From: Bacteroidales bacterium
GTDB taxonomy: Bacteria; Bacteroidota; Bacteroidia; Bacteroidales; UBA12077
Direction of reading: 5' to 3'
Assembly: GCA_028282585.1 (NCBI GenBank)
Contig: JANQHR010000119.1
Coordinates: 1 to 47,148 of the forward strand
Length of the DNA stretch: 47,148 nucleotides
Part shown: piece after piece, positions 28,258-38,359 of the stretch
Numbering within the stretch: position 1 is the first letter of the stretch
Layout: every line of letters begins with the position of its first letter
Made by a program: the position numbers and the translations under genes
Notes under the pieces: generated by a model
Told to the model about the DNA's origin: nothing
The model's input: the letters and a program-made list of their open reading frames with translations, nothing else
Database searches by the model: none

Positions 28258-29778
28258 TTATGCTTTTTTAGGTGGTATTAAATGGGCACCAATAACAGCT
28301 ACTAATAGTGCTATAATAAAAGTTAAAAAACGAGCTGAAAGTAATTGTTCCAATCCTGTAGCTCTCCAAATAATTGTAAAAGTTAATCCGGTTAATATTG
28401 TTAAGATTACAGCTCTGCCATGATACTTTTTCCAGAATAGAGTTAACATGATCACCACCGAAAAAGTTGATCCGATTCCGGCCCAAACAAAACCGACAAT
28501 GGCATATATTAAATCACTAGATATAAAATAGGCTAAAACTAATGCAACAAGAGAAAGAGTTGCAGTTATAAGCCTTGAACGAAATAATGATTTTTTCTGG
28601 TCTTGTTTTACTAAAGGTTTTACTATATTTTCCGATAGTTCGGTTGCGGATAATATTAATAATGAATTTGCAGTAGAAATAATAGCAGCTAATACTCCGG
28701 TTATTAAAATTCCTGCAATAAACGGATTAAACAATTTTGTAAGTACCTCAGGCATTACGGTTTCTTGATCTTTTAATCCGGTTGGACCAAAAATAGCAAT
28801 ACCGATCCAACCAATCATTAACGCTCCAATATATGCTATAATCGTCCATGCTACACCAATATTTCTTGCTTGCTTTGCATTTTTTGTATTTCTAATAGCC
28901 ATAAAGCGCATACTTAATTGAGGCTGCCCGCCTAAATAACCGAAAAACCAAGAAAATGCACTTGCAATGATCATTCCTGTACCTAAACCTTTTATGAGTT
29001 TCAAACTGTTAGGAAATATTGAATTTAAAAATGATGATAATTTTGAACCTTCAACCATAACAGCCCCTCCAACCATTGTACTATAACTTTCTCCTGCTTT
29101 TGAAAGTGCTTCTGATATCGTATTAGCATAAAGCAATCCGTCGGGTTGGTTTTTAATATAAATTATTCCGGCAATAGGCGCAATGATCAAAGTAATAATC
29201 ATAACAACAGCCTGAATAACATCTGTATACGTTACACTTCTGAAACCACCATAAATTGTATAAGGTACTACCAACAACACTACGATTAGCATACCAATGG
29301 ATTTATCAATTCCAAATAAGTTTTCTAATGTTTTGCCACCGCCTAAAAATTGAGCTCCAACGTAAAAAAAGAAAAAGAAAACAATCGTAACACTACCAAC
29401 AATGCGTATCCATTTACCTACCTCACCATGCTTTTGAGCAATATAATCTGTAAAGGTATCTGTTTTATATTTGGCAGCTTCTTCACGTAACCTCCAGGCT
29501 AGAAAAATCCATGCGGTAATAATCCCGAATACACAACCAATTGCAGTCCAAACCTCCATTAGCCCGGTTGCATAAGCGGCCCCTGGTAATCCTAGCAAAG
29601 CCCATGATGACTCACCGGTCGCCCGTTCGGATAAGGCTGCTACCCACCCCGGTAAACTTCTGCCGGCAATAGCAAAATCAGAACTATTCTTAACTTTTCT
29701 CCCTTGGTAAATTCCCCATAACACAATAAATGCCATGTAAGAAATCATAACAATTAGTATAGAAACATTGTAACTCAT
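28258..29778 (-). CDS. putP: Sodium/proline symporter (SSS family)
   Basis: AGRSLPGWVAALSERATGESSWALLGLPG, GGFRSVTYTDVIQ, GYLGGQPQLSMRFMA; likely ATG at 29778 (ORF track 29805). Confidence 0.85.
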   Translation of the reverse strand: MSYNVSILIVMISYMAFIVLWGIYQGRKVKNSSDFAIAGRSLPGWVAALSERATGESSWALLGLPGAAYATGLMEVWTAIGCVFGIITAWIFLAWRLREEAAKYKTDTFTDYIAQKHGEVGKWIRIVGSVTIVFFFFFYVGAQFLGGGKTLENLFGIDKSIGMLIVVLLVVPYTIYGGFRSVTYTDVIQAVVMIITLIIAPIAGIIYIKNQPDGLLYANTISEALSKAGESYSTMVGGAVMVEGSKLSSFLNSIFPNSLKLIKGLGTGMIIASAFSWFFGYLGGQPQLSMRFMAIRNTKNAKQARNIGVAWTIIAYIGALMIGWIGIAIFGPTGLKDQETVMPEVLTKLFNPFIAGILITGVLAAIISTANSLLILSATELSENIVKPLVKQDQKKSLFRSRLITATLSLVALVLAYFISSDLIYAIVGFVWAGIGSTFSVVIMLTLFWKKYHGRAVILTILTGLTFTIIWRATGLEQLLSARFLTFIIALLVAVIGAHLIPPKKA

Positions 29779-29882
29779 AACAAATATTTTAATTCCAACG
29801 AACACTAAGATAATAAAATGCTTTTAGCTTTTAGATGATAGTTTCTAGATTTATTATCTTTAACGCTTAAAATTCTAAAACC

Positions 29883-31367
29883 ATGAAAAAAATATTACCC
29901 TTAATTTTAGGACTAGCAGCTTTATTTGCTTGCACTCCTGTTCAAAATGAACAAACGAAAGAAAAACATGCATCAGAAGTAATTGAAAAAATTGAAATTG
30001 TTAATAATGGAAATGTAAATTTCGATGATTACTTCAAAAATAAAACGATGCGTCTGGATTATTATCATACTGGCAACTCAGAAACAGAACATTTTGCTAC
30101 CGATAAAGTTTTATCTGATGGAAAGTGGTATGGAAGCAAAACATTACTTGTTGATGAATTAGAACTTGGTTACTTCTTTTTAGAAGTTATTGACCAAGAA
30201 ACCAAAACATTAATCTATTCTCGTGGATTTTCAAGCATTTTTGGAGAATGGCAAACCACACCAGAAGCTCAAAAAGAATGGGGAACTTTCCATGAATCAG
30301 TTCGGTTTCCATGGCCTTTAAAACCTGTTACTGTGAGAATTAGTAAAAGAGATGGCCAAAATAAATTCCAGCCGATTTGGACATATAACATTGACCCTTC
30401 TTCTAGACAAGTAAATCCAGCTGACATTAACCATATCGAAGAAGTAATTGCAATACACGAAAGTGGAGATCCTAACAAAAAATTAGATATAGTTCTTCTT
30501 GGAGATGGATATACTAAAGAAGAAATGGGTAAATTCATTTTGGATGCAAAAAGAATGACTGAGTATTTGCTAAATGCAGAGCCATATAAATCTCGTAAAG
30601 ATGATATTAACGTTTGGGCAGTAAAAACCCCATCTCAAGTTTCCGGTGTATTGCGACCACACCCTGAAATTCATAAACGCACAGCTCTTTCCGCTCATTA
30701 TAGTAGTTTTGATTCAGAACGCTATGTCTTAAGTTATGATAATAGAACGATTCGTAATATTGCATCAGCTGCACCATACGAATTCACATCTATATTAGTT
30801 AACGAAAAAACATATGGTGGTGGTGGTATATATAAACTATATACAACTTTAGCCGTTGATAACAAATTTGCTGAATACTTAATGATTCATGAAATGGGTC
30901 ACCATTTGGCTGATTTAGCTGATGAATATTATTCCTCATCTACTGCCTATGAAGCTCCTACAATTGATGTTGAACCATATGAGGTAAATGTTACTGCACT
31001 TCTGGATAAAGAAAATTTAAAATGGAAACATCTAGTAGAAGAAGAAACTCCTATTCCAACACCCTGGAACAAGGAAGAATTTGATAAATTCAGTTATGCA
31101 GTTCAAAAAGAACGAAAGGAATTAAGAGCACAAAGAGTTGAAGAATCGGTAATGGAAGAATTCTTTATGAATGCACATAATAAGCAAGACACATTCTTTT
31201 CGCAAGAGCAGTTCAAAGATAAAATAGGTGCATTTGAAGGAGCAAAATACAATCAATATGGTTTATACAGATCTCAACTGGATTGTATTATGTTTACCCG
31301 CCATACCGTACATTGTAAAGTTTGTCAATATGGGATAAGTCAGGTGATTGATCAATACTCTAAATAA
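29883..31367 (+). CDS. Peptidase family M64 (IgA peptidase-like) lipoprotein
   Basis: Lipobox LFAC; KTMRLDYYHTG, LLGDGYT, YGGGGIY, HEMGHHLADLADEY, CIM..CKVC. Confidence 0.9.
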   Translation: MKKILPLILGLAALFACTPVQNEQTKEKHASEVIEKIEIVNNGNVNFDDYFKNKTMRLDYYHTGNSETEHFATDKVLSDGKWYGSKTLLVDELELGYFFLEVIDQETKTLIYSRGFSSIFGEWQTTPEAQKEWGTFHESVRFPWPLKPVTVRISKRDGQNKFQPIWTYNIDPSSRQVNPADINHIEEVIAIHESGDPNKKLDIVLLGDGYTKEEMGKFILDAKRMTEYLLNAEPYKSRKDDINVWAVKTPSQVSGVLRPHPEIHKRTALSAHYSSFDSERYVLSYDNRTIRNIASAAPYEFTSILVNEKTYGGGGIYKLYTTLAVDNKFAEYLMIHEMGHHLADLADEYYSSSTAYEAPTIDVEPYEVNVTALLDKENLKWKHLVEEETPIPTPWNKEEFDKFSYAVQKERKELRAQRVEESVMEEFFMNAHNKQDTFFSQEQFKDKIGAFEGAKYNQYGLYRSQLDCIMFTRHTVHCKVCQYGISQVIDQYSK

Positions 31368-31405
31368 TTTTGATATAAGTTAAAACGCCGTATTAAAACA
31401 GTTAT

Positions 31406-31566
31406 GGGGGCGTCCAAAAAGTCTTAGTGTTCTTTGTGCCTGCTTTGTGAAACTTTGTGGTATAATTATAAAAGGCTGTTAAACAGAGAATCACAAAGAA
31501 GACACAAAATTACTCAAAGTAAAAAATACGAACAAGATTTAACTATTGTACTTTTTGGACACCCCC
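31406..31566. mobile_element. 161-bp MITE-like element with 17-bp terminal inverted repeats
   Basis: GGGGGCGTCCAAAAAGT ... ACTTTTTGGACACCCCC (16/17 match); no ORF. Confidence 0.75.
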
Positions 31567-31570
31567 TTTT

Positions 31571-31783
31571 TTAAATCAAATATTTCTTGAGCTTATTGAC
31601 AGTTCCACTCCAAGAACAGCCTAAGCAATGAATAATATCCAAATTATAACCTTCAAGTTTTTGTGTTTTATCCTGAAGCACAATATTCAACTCTCTTGTT
31701 ACTTTTACATTTAATCTATCCCCCCTCTTATTCTTTATATAAAAGTTTGCAATTCCACATTTAGGGCAAACCATAAATTTCAT
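31571..31783 (-). CDS. Small zinc-ribbon-like protein
   Basis: CPKC and CLGC pairs. Confidence 0.7.
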   Translation of the reverse strand: MKFMVCPKCGIANFYIKNKRGDRLNVKVTRELNIVLQDKTQKLEGYNLDIIHCLGCSWSGTVNKLKKYLI

Positions 31784-32046
31784 AAATCAAATTGTTTTAT
31801 TACAAATTTAAAATTTTATTAAACAAGCGTTGTATTTAACTTCATCAACACGAACAGTTTTTAACCTTCTTATTTTCAATAGCATTTACTATGTATATGG
31901 TAATGTTTTTGAACTTTAATTATTTGTTAAAACAATTCTTTTATTGAACACATATTTTTTTTTCTTGTTTTTTAGTTTTAATTTAGTTTAACGTGTTATA
32001 ATTCGAATCAAAATTAGACTACATTTCTTAAAGGGCGTAAAGGTAG

Positions 32047-32550
32047 ATGAAACGTATTAATCTATTAATTTTTATTGTATTTGTTACATTGGTTGGTCAA
32101 GCACAAACTGATACTACATTAATACAATCTACTCAATTTAAAGAAGCACCTCAGGATTTACAAAAGTTAATTGAAAAACTAAAACAACAACAAAAAGAAC
32201 AAACTAAAAAAGATGCGGAAATTGAAATTGATGGATTATTGGTAAACAATACTAAAACCAAAAATGGAAACGATTTCTACGAGTTTTTTTTCAGAGATTG
32301 GGTTGCCCCGGTTAATGCGCATAACTATACTATATATATAAGTGAAAAGCCATATAGGGTTACAACAACAATGATTGAAATAAAAATAAATGAGACAATT
32401 GTGTTCCAATCATTTTTACAACCAAGAATAGACATTATTGAACTAATAGCACAACAATCCATTGCTCGTACTCGAGTGTATTTAGAAAATTATGAACAAA
32501 TAGTAAAACAACTCGAAGGAGAAGATCTTTCGGGTTCAGGAATTTATTAA
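32047..32550 (+). CDS. csgE: Curli assembly protein CsgE
   Basis: EIDGLLVNNTKTKNGNDFYEFF, ISEKP, C-terminal EDLSGSGIY; first gene of csgEFG. Confidence 0.85.
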   Translation: MKRINLLIFIVFVTLVGQAQTDTTLIQSTQFKEAPQDLQKLIEKLKQQQKEQTKKDAEIEIDGLLVNNTKTKNGNDFYEFFFRDWVAPVNAHNYTIYISEKPYRVTTTMIEIKINETIVFQSFLQPRIDIIELIAQQSIARTRVYLENYEQIVKQLEGEDLSGSGIY

Positions 32551-32569
32551 TTATAAAATTTAACATATT

Positions 32570-33004
32570 ATGAGAAAGAAAATTACTTTAGTCGGATTTT
32601 TAGTTTTTATATTCTGTTGTGGAAAAAGCCTTTCCGCTCAAGATTTTGTTTATACTCCTAAAAATCCAGCGTTTGGAGGTAACCCATACAATTATTCCTG
32701 GATGCTAAGTTCTGCTCAGGCGCAAGATACTTATGAAGATCCATCACGAGATGATTTGGGATTAAGCACCGGGTATTCTTCTGATCCTATTGATGATTTT
32801 GCAGAAAGTTTAAACAGGCAGATTCTTAGTCAGTTATCGCGCGAAATAGTATCCAGACAGCTTGGCGAAAGTGCTTTAGAAGAAGGAACCTATGTTTTAG
32901 GTGATTATCAGATAGATATTGGATCTTCAGGTTCAGGTTTGGTAATAACAATAATTGATTTATTAACAGGTTCAACAACAAATGTAACAGTCCCCTACTT
33001 TTAA
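32570..33004 (+). CDS. csgF: Curli assembly protein CsgF
   Basis: Mature N-terminus QDFVYTPKNPAFGGNPYNYSWMLSSAQAQD. Confidence 0.92.
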   Translation: MRKKITLVGFLVFIFCCGKSLSAQDFVYTPKNPAFGGNPYNYSWMLSSAQAQDTYEDPSRDDLGLSTGYSSDPIDDFAESLNRQILSQLSREIVSRQLGESALEEGTYVLGDYQIDIGSSGSGLVITIIDLLTGSTTNVTVPYF

Positions 33005-33014
33005 TCATTATATA

Positions 33015-34388
33015 ATGAAAACAACAATTAAGCCTCTAGCTTTATTAATAATACTCTTTTCTACCATTTTATTTAGTTGTACACCTTTTTATTATCAACC
33101 ACTAGGTACTGATAGAACTGCAGAATTAGGTCCTGAAACACCACTTAAAAAGAAATTGCTTAGTTTACCCGAACCGAAGGAGCCGGTTGTGGTTGCCGTT
33201 TACAAATTCAGAGATCAAACCGGGCAATACAAACCTTCCGATGTTGGTGCAAACTGGTCAACTGCAGTTACACAAGGTGCAACTAATATATTAATACGTG
33301 CTTTAGAAGAATCAGGCTGGTTTATACCCATTGAAAGAGAAAATATAAGTAATTTATTAAATGAACGTAAAATAATTCGTTCTAGCAGGGAGCAATACGA
33401 AGGTAGTAAAGGAGCTTTGTTGCCTCCTTTGTTATTTGCAGGAATACTTCTCGAAGGAGGTATTGTTTCCTATGAAACCAATGTATTTACGGGAGGTGCA
33501 GGTGTAAGATATTTTGGTACAAATGCTTCAGCTCAATATCGCGAAGATCGCGTAAATATATACTTAAGAGCAGTTTCTACAAGTAATGGTAAAATTCTTA
33601 AAACAATTTACACAACTAAATCAATATTATCACAAGAAGTCTCGGCAGGTGTTTTCAGATACGTAAAATTTAAGCGTTTACTGGAAGCCGAAGTCGGTTA
33701 TACATATAATGAACCCGGAGAATTAGCAATAACTGAAGCAATCGAAAAAGCTGTTCAAAGTTTGATAATTGAAGGAATCATTGATAACCTTTGGATGTTA
33801 AAAGATGAAAATGAAAAAAACTCGGAAGAAATTCTTGGTTACATAGCAGAAAAAGAAAATAACTTAAAATATGATGCTATTGGGCGTCCATTTGAAAATA
33901 CAAAAAAATTAAATGGATATCTTTCTGTGTTAGGAAGTGGTCAATTTTATTTAGGTGATTATTCTGAAAGTAATATACATAGTGGAGGAAATATCAGTTT
34001 TGGTTCAGCCATACTACAACCATTATATTTGGAAACAAATATAGGAATGCAATACATTCACATAGATAATCTGATAACAAGTAGAGAATTTTATGGAGAT
34101 ATTAATCTAACTTTACTTGCAAATCCTTCTTCGGATCTTTCTCCATTCATGACAGTTGGAATTGGAACTTATTATGATTTTGGAGACAAAATAGGTGCTT
34201 CTGAGAAGTTATACATTCCTTACTATACTTTGGGCGCAGGTGCTGAATACAGGTTAAACAAAAGACTTGCCCTTACTTTCAAAGGATTTATGAATGGAAT
34301 GTTCACCGATTACTATGATAATGTTGAATTAGGGTCCTATAATGACCATATATGGGGAGCAAAATTAGGCTTAAAGTTTTACTGGTAA
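33015..34388 (+). CDS. csgG: Curli secretion channel CsgG with C-terminal outer-membrane beta-barrel extension
   Basis: Lipobox LFSC; VYKFRDQTGQYKP, STAVTQGA, WFIPIERENISNLLNERKIIR; extra ~170 aa of amphipathic strands ending GLKFYW. Confidence 0.92.
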   Translation: MKTTIKPLALLIILFSTILFSCTPFYYQPLGTDRTAELGPETPLKKKLLSLPEPKEPVVVAVYKFRDQTGQYKPSDVGANWSTAVTQGATNILIRALEESGWFIPIERENISNLLNERKIIRSSREQYEGSKGALLPPLLFAGILLEGGIVSYETNVFTGGAGVRYFGTNASAQYREDRVNIYLRAVSTSNGKILKTIYTTKSILSQEVSAGVFRYVKFKRLLEAEVGYTYNEPGELAITEAIEKAVQSLIIEGIIDNLWMLKDENEKNSEEILGYIAEKENNLKYDAIGRPFENTKKLNGYLSVLGSGQFYLGDYSESNIHSGGNISFGSAILQPLYLETNIGMQYIHIDNLITSREFYGDINLTLLANPSSDLSPFMTVGIGTYYDFGDKIGASEKLYIPYYTLGAGAEYRLNKRLALTFKGFMNGMFTDYYDNVELGSYNDHIWGAKLGLKFYW

Positions 34389-34430
34389 TAATTTAATAAT
34401 TAGTTTAAAAGAAATAAATAAATTCATATA

Positions 34431-35081
34431 ATGAAAAATTTAAAATATATTCTTGCTTTACTTTGTATCGTTTTTATTATCGGATGTGAAGAGAGTAAAA
34501 TCGATGTTGATAAATTTGGTAGTATACAAGGTGTTATTATAGACGGCGAAAGTTACGAACCCCTGGAAGGAGTACTAATTGCAACCAATCCCGCAAGCTC
34601 AACAACGTTAACGGATAATACCGGCAATTTTGAATTTGATAAAGTAAAAGAAGGTGAATTAACTATAACAGCGCACAAAAACGATTACTTAAGTAATAGT
34701 ATGAGCGTGGCTGTTTATGAAAATGAAACTACAAATTTAACTTTCTTTTTACTAAAAGATGAAAAAGATGTTGGGTGGGTAGATATTTATGATCCCGTGC
34801 CGGGTAATGGAGCTGTTGACCAGGATACAACTTTTAGTATGAAATGGAGCGTGGATCAACAATATCCATCAAAAGAGCTTGTATATACAGTATATTATTT
34901 TGCATCGAATTCAACAACTCAGTTAGTTGCGGGAGAAAACCTTACTGTTAAGGAAGTTGTAGTAGATAAATTTGAATATAACACAACCTATTTTTGGTAT
35001 GTAGTAGCAAGGTATGAAGGTGACCGAGTAGCAAATAGCCCTACCTGGTCATTTAAAACAAAACCGAGTGCCGACTCTTAA
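34431..35081 (+). CDS. Lipoprotein with carboxypeptidase-regulatory-like and FN3-like domains (curli-locus accessory)
   Basis: Lipobox IIGC; GSIQGVIIDGESYEPLEGVLI..TDNTGNFEF; YNTTYFWYVVA..SPTWSFKT. Confidence 0.75.
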   Translation: MKNLKYILALLCIVFIIGCEESKIDVDKFGSIQGVIIDGESYEPLEGVLIATNPASSTTLTDNTGNFEFDKVKEGELTITAHKNDYLSNSMSVAVYENETTNLTFFLLKDEKDVGWVDIYDPVPGNGAVDQDTTFSMKWSVDQQYPSKELVYTVYYFASNSTTQLVAGENLTVKEVVVDKFEYNTTYFWYVVARYEGDRVANSPTWSFKTKPSADS

Positions 35082-35209
35082 AGATGTTAAATAGTATTTA
35101 ATTACTGTTTAAAACAACAACAACAAACCATAATATTCTCTTAATTAAAAAGCTACAGGGCGTTGAGAGATAAAATAGTTAATACGTAGAATTATGGTAA
35201 AATCTATAT

Positions 35210-36226
35210 ATGCAAATTCTTAAAAGCAAAATTCTTTTAATAGGTGATTCTGAGAAAAAATGTAACCATATTACAGACATTATAAAGAATCCTTGGAATC
35301 AGGTTATTTGTGCATCCAACTTCGAGTTGGCTATGAAGGAATGTATATTGAAATCATTTGACTTGATAATTTGTTTTGAAGAATTATCTGATATGAATGC
35401 TTTTCAAGTTTATACTGTTCTTAACAGTGAGATTCTTAAAAACCAGGTACCATTCATAATTATATTAAATAATCATAGTAAAAATAAATTACTATTAGGA
35501 ACCGAACTGGGAATTGATAGTTTTATTTTTCCTTCCTTTGACGAGGAAAGAATATTAAAGGTTATAAATGTCCAACTCAAAAAAAACAATGATCGAAAAA
35601 AAATTGAACACTTAAAATATGAAGCTTTATTAAACTCAACTCCTCACGCAGTTTTTATAGCAGAAAACCTTAAAATCATTGAGTCTAATCATAATTTTCA
35701 CAAACTTATAAAACCTAAGGCAAGTAATAAATCTGAATATTTCTTTCGAGATATTTTTGAGTTTAATCCTAAAAACAATTATGAGCTCAATTTTTTTAGA
35801 TTAGTAAACGGCTTAGAAAAAAACTGTACGTTCACAGAAGTTAAAATGGTAGGAAATAAGGATGATTTGTTTGATGTAAGTTTCTTTCTGCTTAATAAAA
35901 GAGGAACTTCCTATAAAGTAATAGGCATTATTAAAAAGAAGATAGAAAAATTAGATATACATGATCTGGCCTTAAGATCAAATGGAAATAAAGATAATAA
36001 GGAAAAACCCATTGATGTTAAACTTTTTACAAATAGAGAACGCGAAATATTAAAACTTTCGGCTATCGGAATACCAATAAAACAAATTGCAGAACAGTTG
36101 AATATTTCTAAAAGAACTGTGGAAAAACATCGATCTAATATTATAAGTAAAACAAATACAGGTAATATTGTTGAAGCTGTATTTTTATATAGTAAACATA
36201 TAATCAGTGAAAAAATTAATGATTAA
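35210..36226 (+). CDS. LuxR-family regulator with degenerate receiver and PAS-like domains (CsgD analogue)
   Basis: FTNREREILKL..KQIAEQLNISKRTVEKHRSNI (LuxR HTH); REC-like N-terminus lacking canonical Asp/Lys. Confidence 0.8.
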   Translation: MQILKSKILLIGDSEKKCNHITDIIKNPWNQVICASNFELAMKECILKSFDLIICFEELSDMNAFQVYTVLNSEILKNQVPFIIILNNHSKNKLLLGTELGIDSFIFPSFDEERILKVINVQLKKNNDRKKIEHLKYEALLNSTPHAVFIAENLKIIESNHNFHKLIKPKASNKSEYFFRDIFEFNPKNNYELNFFRLVNGLEKNCTFTEVKMVGNKDDLFDVSFFLLNKRGTSYKVIGIIKKKIEKLDIHDLALRSNGNKDNKEKPIDVKLFTNREREILKLSAIGIPIKQIAEQLNISKRTVEKHRSNIISKTNTGNIVEAVFLYSKHIISEKIND

Positions 36227-36505
36227 TTTTTTTGTTGTCTTTATAAGTGAAAGCCGAAGTTAAAAATCAAATTCCTTTTAATAATCAAACACTTATCACC
36301 TTCTCAAATTTTTTCTGTATTATTTTTATACGTATTTATACTACAATTAAAAAGAAAACTTCACATTATTGAATAAAAGTATTTAGACGATTTTCAGAAT
36401 TCTTTAAGCAGAATAAGATAATCCGATCTACTCTTATTTTGTACGTGAAATCCGCAACCATTTTTGCTTCATAAAATACTTATTTCCCAGAATTTTCTTT
36501 AAACA

Positions 36506-36513
36506 TAACTTTG
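36506..36513 (+). promoter_or_regulatory. Bacteroidota -7 promoter box upstream of the curlin gene
   Basis: TAACTTTG matches TAnnTTTG, about 110 bp before the ATG. Confidence 0.45.
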
Positions 36514-36623
36514 TTATAGATACTCAGGGATGAATATAGAGTTTTAAAAAACAGAGTATCATAATTTATTACAAACGTGCTAATTTTTACTAATCTATTA
36601 TTAATCATTTAAATTATTAAAAC

Positions 36624-38294
36624 ATGAAAAAACTAAGCGTATTATTTGGATTAATCCTTATGGCAAGTTTTACATTTGCTCAAACCGCTGTTGTAAATCA
36701 AACCAATTTACCAGGATCTAGTGCAGTTGTCGCTACTGTTACTCAAACTGGAATGAATGTAGCTACCGTTGATCAAACAAATGTTGATGGCGAAAACGGA
36801 CCAAATACCGTTATAGCTAACGTAGAACAAGTTGGTTATGGTGTTGCAAATGAAGCTACTGTTAGTCAAACTGTATCAGAAGAAGCTGATAATGGTGTTG
36901 AATTAACAACGTATTCATATCAGGAAGGTGAAGGAAACGTTGTAACTCAAACTCAAATGGCTGATGGACATCGTGATGATTTTGTTTCAAGAGATTTCGT
37001 TGCTACTCAGGTAGGTATGGGTAACGAAGCAACTCAAACTTCTATTGATTCAGACCAAGGAACAGTTAATTTTGTTATTGATCAAGAAGGCGAATATAAC
37101 GTAGCTTCTCAACTAACTCAAAACGAAGGTGGTTGGGCTGAAGGTGTTATTACACAGGAAGGAACTGGTAACAATGCTTCACAAATATTTGAAAGTATCC
37201 ATGCAGATGGTTATATTGATCAAATAGGTGAATCAAATGTTGCGTCACAGCATTTCCATAATAATACTAAAGAAAACTATGGTTATATAACTCAAGATGG
37301 AGTAGCTAACGAAGCTTCTCAGGTGTTTACAGGTGGAAACACTAAAGTATCTACTTTAACTGCTACTCAAATGGGAGATGAAAACCTTTCTGAACAAATA
37401 GTAATTAGCGGAAACAACAATATGGGAGATGTATATCAAACAGGTGTTGCCGGAGAAGCTTATCAAACTTTTGTTGGTGAATCAAACATGGGATATGTTG
37501 ATCAATCAGGTTATATGAACGTTGCTACCCAAACTATGTACGGTGACATGGATAATGCAACTATCACGCAAGTTGGAGGAAACAATAATATTGCTACTCA
37601 AACTTTCTCTGCAACTAGTACTGGAAATAATGCAGAAATTTATCAATACACAGATTGGGATAACAAAGCTTCACAATATGTTGAAGGTGCTTCAAACGAT
37701 CTATACATTGAACAAACTGGCCAAAGCTGGCATAGTAATGCTGCTCAAGAAGTATTAGGAGAAGAAAGCACTGGTAATTCACTTGTTATCAGCCAGCATT
37801 ATGGTGATCATAACCAAGCATTACAAACTGTTACCGGAGATAACAATGAAGCTTATATTGAGCAACATGGAATTTGGTGGGGAGAAGGCGAAAACGCTAT
37901 CCAAACCATTGAGGGTAATGAAAACTATACTGAAATAGTTCAGTATGCAGATGATGACTACGCAGAACAAACTATTACCGGAGATGCAAACAGTGCTAAA
38001 ATTCTTCAAACTGGTGCTGGTGCTTCTGCTATGATTACAGTTGTAGGAAATAACAACATAGCTGCAGTTTCTCAAGATGGTGTTGGTTCAACAGCGGTTA
38101 TTTACCAAGAAGGTGACATGAACCTTGTTCAAGGTCTAGGTGGCGAATTTGCTATAAATAATAATGGTTCAATGTTAGACGTAAGTCAAATGGGCGATGC
38201 TAATGTAGTAAATGTAGAACAAACTGCTGTTGGTGCTTCTGCAATTATTAGTCAAAGCGGTGTTGGTAATATTGCTACTGTTGAGCAAAGATAA
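36624..38294 (+). CDS. csgA: Major curlin subunit (CsgA-like), roughly 20+ curlin repeats
   Basis: Signal peptide; iterated QxGxxN-x-A-x-Q repeats of ~22-25 aa. Confidence 0.85.
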   Translation: MKKLSVLFGLILMASFTFAQTAVVNQTNLPGSSAVVATVTQTGMNVATVDQTNVDGENGPNTVIANVEQVGYGVANEATVSQTVSEEADNGVELTTYSYQEGEGNVVTQTQMADGHRDDFVSRDFVATQVGMGNEATQTSIDSDQGTVNFVIDQEGEYNVASQLTQNEGGWAEGVITQEGTGNNASQIFESIHADGYIDQIGESNVASQHFHNNTKENYGYITQDGVANEASQVFTGGNTKVSTLTATQMGDENLSEQIVISGNNNMGDVYQTGVAGEAYQTFVGESNMGYVDQSGYMNVATQTMYGDMDNATITQVGGNNNIATQTFSATSTGNNAEIYQYTDWDNKASQYVEGASNDLYIEQTGQSWHSNAAQEVLGEESTGNSLVISQHYGDHNQALQTVTGDNNEAYIEQHGIWWGEGENAIQTIEGNENYTEIVQYADDDYAEQTITGDANSAKILQTGAGASAMITVVGNNNIAAVSQDGVGSTAVIYQEGDMNLVQGLGGEFAINNNGSMLDVSQMGDANVVNVEQTAVGASAIISQSGVGNIATVEQR

Positions 38295-38308
38295 AAGTCT
38301 TAAAAAAA

Positions 38309-38348
38309 TTAAGGAATAGCCCGGATTATTCCGTGGCTTTCCTTTTAA
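38309..38348 (+). terminator. Stem-loop between the curlin genes
   Basis: aaggaa-t-agcccgga-ttat-tccg-t-ggct-ttcctttt. Confidence 0.65.
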
Positions 38349-38359
38349 TAAAAATTAAA

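Noticed and set aside
36624-38294. DNA tandem repeat or VNTR
   Set aside because: Periodicity is at the protein level (degenerate curlin repeats); no exact nucleotide repeats seen
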